This document shows, piece by piece, positions 60,431 through 64,000 of a stretch of DNA of 64,000 bases. Position numbers and translations under genes: made by a program. The DNA is from Pristiophorus japonicus (taxonomy: Eukaryota): NCBI RefSeq assembly GCF_044704955.1, contig NC_091988.1, positions 162,192,001-162,256,000 on the forward strand, given 5' to 3'. Every line of letters begins with the position of its first letter. Within the stretch, counting starts at the first letter, position 1. The notes under the pieces were generated by a model. The model was not told where the DNA came from. It did no database searches and saw only the letters and a program-made list of their open reading frames with translations.

Positions 60431-61072
60431 CGCAGGTCGGGAGTGTAAGAGCTGGAGCATGTCACTGCAGCTTTCAGCGCGAGCCGACACGAATGTGCGA
60501 CAGCTTTGAGGTGGGCGACTGGGTGACATCATCAGGACCCAGATCACCATTTGGAGCATGGGCAGAAGCATCGGCGGAGCCTTGGTACAGCGGAGGAGCG
60601 GGAAGGTCATGGCAAACATGTGACGAGTGATCGGGGTGGAGGAATGATGATGGATCATGGCTGAGATTTGGTGGGTGATCGTGGCGGAGGTGCGGCGGAT
60701 GTTTGTGGTGGATGAGCGGCGAGAGATCAGTGACGGAGGTGTGGCAAATGAGGGTACGGGGCCCAGAAGAGCCGAGGGCCCAGGGGCAGCACGGGCCAGT
60801 TCACACTGCGATATGTGTGTGCACTCAGTCCATGCAGCAGAGCAGATCTCCAGTCGTCCTGGTTAACCCTTGCCACTGGATAAAGGCCGAGCTCTGCCAA
60901 GCCCATGTGGTGGCTAATGTGCAACGGTCACCACACGTTAAAAAAATCCACGCACAGGCATCTTCCACCCTTTAATTAGACTTCAGGACTGGAACATCGG
61001 GTCCTTCATTGAAATATCTGAGAACTCATGTGGAAGCAAGTCATCCTCGTTTGAGGGACTGCCTATGATGAT
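60431..61072 (+). mobile_element. Non-autonomous RTE-derived bipartite retroposon
   Basis: Starts gcaggtcggg like the 56705 copy; shared core; tail gtggaagcaagtcatcctcg..gggactgcctatgatgat. Confidence 0.8.
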
Positions 61073-61097
61073 AATCCATCAATTGTATGTAGGTAGT

Positions 61098-62637
61098 TAG
61101 AAAGATAGAAACATAGAAAATAGGGGCAGGAGCATGCCATTCGGCCCTTCGAGCCTGCACCGCCATTCAATATGATCATGGCTGATCATTCAACCTCAGT
61201 ACCCCACCCCTGGCTTCTCTCCATAGCCCCTGATACCTTTAGCTGTAAGGGCCACATCTAACTCCCTTTTGAATATGTCCAAACGAACTGGACTCAACAA
61301 CTTTCTGTGGCAGAGAATTCCACAGGTTCACAACTCTCTGGGTGAAAAAGTTTCTCCTCATCTCGGTCCTATATGGCTTACCCCTTATCCTTAGACTGTG
61401 TCCCTGGTTCTGGACTTCCCCAACATCGGGAACATTCTTCCTGCAATCTAATTTGTCCAGTCCCATCAGAATATACATTTCTATGAGATCCCCTCTCATT
61501 CTTCTAAATTCCAGTGAGTATAAGCCTAGCCGATCCAGTCTTTCCTCATATGTCAGTCCTGCCATCCCGGGAATCAGTCTGGTGAACCTTCGCTGCACTC
61601 CCTCAATAGCAAGAATGTCCTTCCTCAGATTAGGAGACCAAAACTGCACACAATACTCAAGGTGTGGTCTCACCAAGGCCCTGTACAACTGCAACAAGAC
61701 CTCCCTGCTCCTATACTCAAATCCCCTCGCTATGAAGGCCAGCATGCCATATGCTTTCTTTACTGCTTGCTGTGCTTGCATGCCTACCTCCAATGACTGA
61801 TGTACCTTGACAACCAGGTCTCGTTGCACCTCCACTTTTACTAATCTGTCACCATTCAGATAATAATCCGCCTTCCTGTTTTGGCCACCAAAGTGGATAA
61901 CCTCACATTTATCCACATTATACTGCATCTGTCATGCATTTGCCCACTCACCTAACCTGTCCAAGTCCCCGTGCAGCCTCTTAGCATCCTCCTTGCAGCT
62001 TGCACTGCCACCCAGCTTAGTGTCATCTGCAAACTTGGAGATATTACATTCAATTCCTTTGTCTAAATCATTAATGTATTTTGTAAATAGCTGGGTTCCA
62101 GCACTGAACCCTGCGGCACCCCACTAGTCACTGCCTGCCATTCTGAAAAGGACACGTTTATTCCCACTCTTTGCTTCCTGTCTGCCAACTATTTCTCTAT
62201 CCATGTCAATACATTATCCCCATACAATGTGCCTTAATTTTGCACACTAATTTCTTGTGTGGGGCCTTGTCAAAAGCCTTTTGAAAGTCCATCTACTGGT
62301 TCTCCCTTATCCAGTCTACTAGTTACATCCTCAAAAAACTCTAGAAGATTTGTCAAGCTTGATTTCCCTTTCATAAATCCATGCTGACTTGGACCGATCC
62401 TGCCACTGCTTTCCAAATGCGCTGCTATTACATCTTTAATAATTGACTCCAGCATTTTCCTCACTACCGATGTTAGGCTAACTGGTCTATAATTCCCTGT
62501 TTTCTTTCTCCCTCCTTTTTTAAAAAGTGGGGTTACATTAGCTACCCTCTAATCCATAGGAACTGATCCAGAGTCCATGGAATGTTGGAAAATGACCACC
62601 AATGCATCCACTATTTCGAGGGCCACTTCCCTAAGTA
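61098..62637 (-). mobile_element. CR1 subfamily A, 5'-truncated
   Basis: ORFs 61239-61928, 62270-62464 and 62549-62737 are CR1 ORF2 pieces; (TTCTATGT)n tail. Confidence 0.94.
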
Positions 62638-63914
62638 TGGCTAGTATTTTGAGTGATGACTGATACCAAGATGGAAGGGAAATGTAATCTGAAAGCTTGA
62701 CCAGTGTGTGGGAGCACAATGGCAAGAGAAAAAACACCTGTATTTAAATTACTATTACTCTTATGAAAATATAAATATAAATTATATAAATGAAAAATGC
62801 TCCACTGGTGCAGTACGGGGAAAGGAATGTCATTGTTGAAGAGTAGAAGGAGGTTTAGACGGTGTCTAACTTTGCTGTACCTAAGCTGGAAGCGCTAAAT
62901 GCTGGCACTGAATACTTGAAATGTATTCCAATCCCTGGCACTGACATCCTTCACCTTGATGAGTATCAAATTGAATTGCAGAGAAATAGAAAAATTGGTT
63001 GAACTCTCAGCCACATTCTTTGCATTAGGCATTCAACTCACAACATTATTTCGTGGAACTATTCATATGAATAGAAGGGAAGATAATCGGGCCAATAACA
63101 TTAAGGATGGATCCAGGATTTTGACATTTTGATGACTGTGTTTTAGTAATGTACTCATTATCTGTCAGAACGCATTCTGTTAGCGAGAGGAATCTATATT
63201 CAATTCTAAATTTGTTTTCAGAAAACAGATGTTTGATGAAGAAGGACATTTAACTGAGATAAATAGAAGATTTGAGTACAAATAAGCTTTGTCATTTATA
63301 TGAAGAGACTTGTGTTCGATTTAAATAAGACGAGAAGGAATGGCCAGTCAGTCGTAGCAGTTCACTGATGTTTCTGTGTGCTCATTAAAAACTTTGCTGG
63401 CTAAAATGAATAATTAAACTGCTGTTTCAGGATGAATGTGATTTGTTCAACAAAAAAGCTACTTATATTTATAGTTCCACATTATTTTAGCTCGTAGTTT
63501 CACCAATAGTCTTGATGGAAAATTTATTCAGTCTCTACATATGTATTTTGGATACATTAATATTGCTGAATTAGTTACCTACTAACACTTTTCACATAAT
63601 AGCTGCCTAGTGAATTAAATTATTTTCCTTTAAAAACTGTGACACGTACATATATATATTGCACTTTTCTGCAATAAAATAATGTTTAAAATGATTTTGT
63701 TTCGTTTTACAAAATCCATTTTGTTCTTGTTAGTTACAGTCAAACCACATAGTAACAAAAATGTTCCCCTTGACCCAGTTGAAATGTCATTATTGGTATC
63801 AGAGACGCTTAATGATATGAACCCATTGATGAGAAGAACTTATTTTATGAAAATCCTTGAACAATGTCAGTGCGAAGCTGTGTGAATTCTGCAGGAGTTT
63901 TCTCTTGAAATCCT

Positions 63915-64000
63915 CAAGTGCTCCTCTGTGCTGAGTTAGTTGATATTAGCCAGGGTGGCAGTAGGGGTAGTACAATTGGCCTCAGTATCTCCTGGGCTCT
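63915..64000 (+). mobile_element. Old SINE (LF-SINE-like), runs off the window end
   Basis: ctgtgctgagttagttgatattagccagggtggcagtagggg..acaattggcctcagt. Confidence 0.55.

Overview
Eukaryotic, repeat-dominated non-coding DNA, most likely a shark or other chondrichthyan (HER1-like CR1 LINEs, SacSINE1-like DeuSINEs; family names are from recall, not a database search). I recognise no host protein-coding exon, RNA gene or CRISPR array. Every long ORF in the track is a transposon remnant, an antisense shadow of one, or low-complexity sequence. The window holds at least three CR1 subfamilies, including one near full-length copy (~35960-40189) and a three-level nested cluster (44238-54223). It also holds RTE, L2 and RTE-X-like LINE fragments with partner SINEs, an internally deleted Gypsy element (29888-32246), and many PIF/Harbinger-type MITEs plus one Harbinger derivative retaining Myb and transposase remnants. 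The most unusual structure is at 50021-52533: a Tx1-clade retrotransposon occupies one 16-bp site inside a CR1 three times in tandem. The two long units share an identical 5' truncation point but their 3' parts come from different source lineages. Other candidates: a poly(A)-less hairpin-module Tx1 3' end, a GUUAAAC -1 frameshift-like CR1 ORF1/ORF2 junction, an in-frame chimeric CR1 ORF2, and a CR1 3' end duplicated together with its flank.
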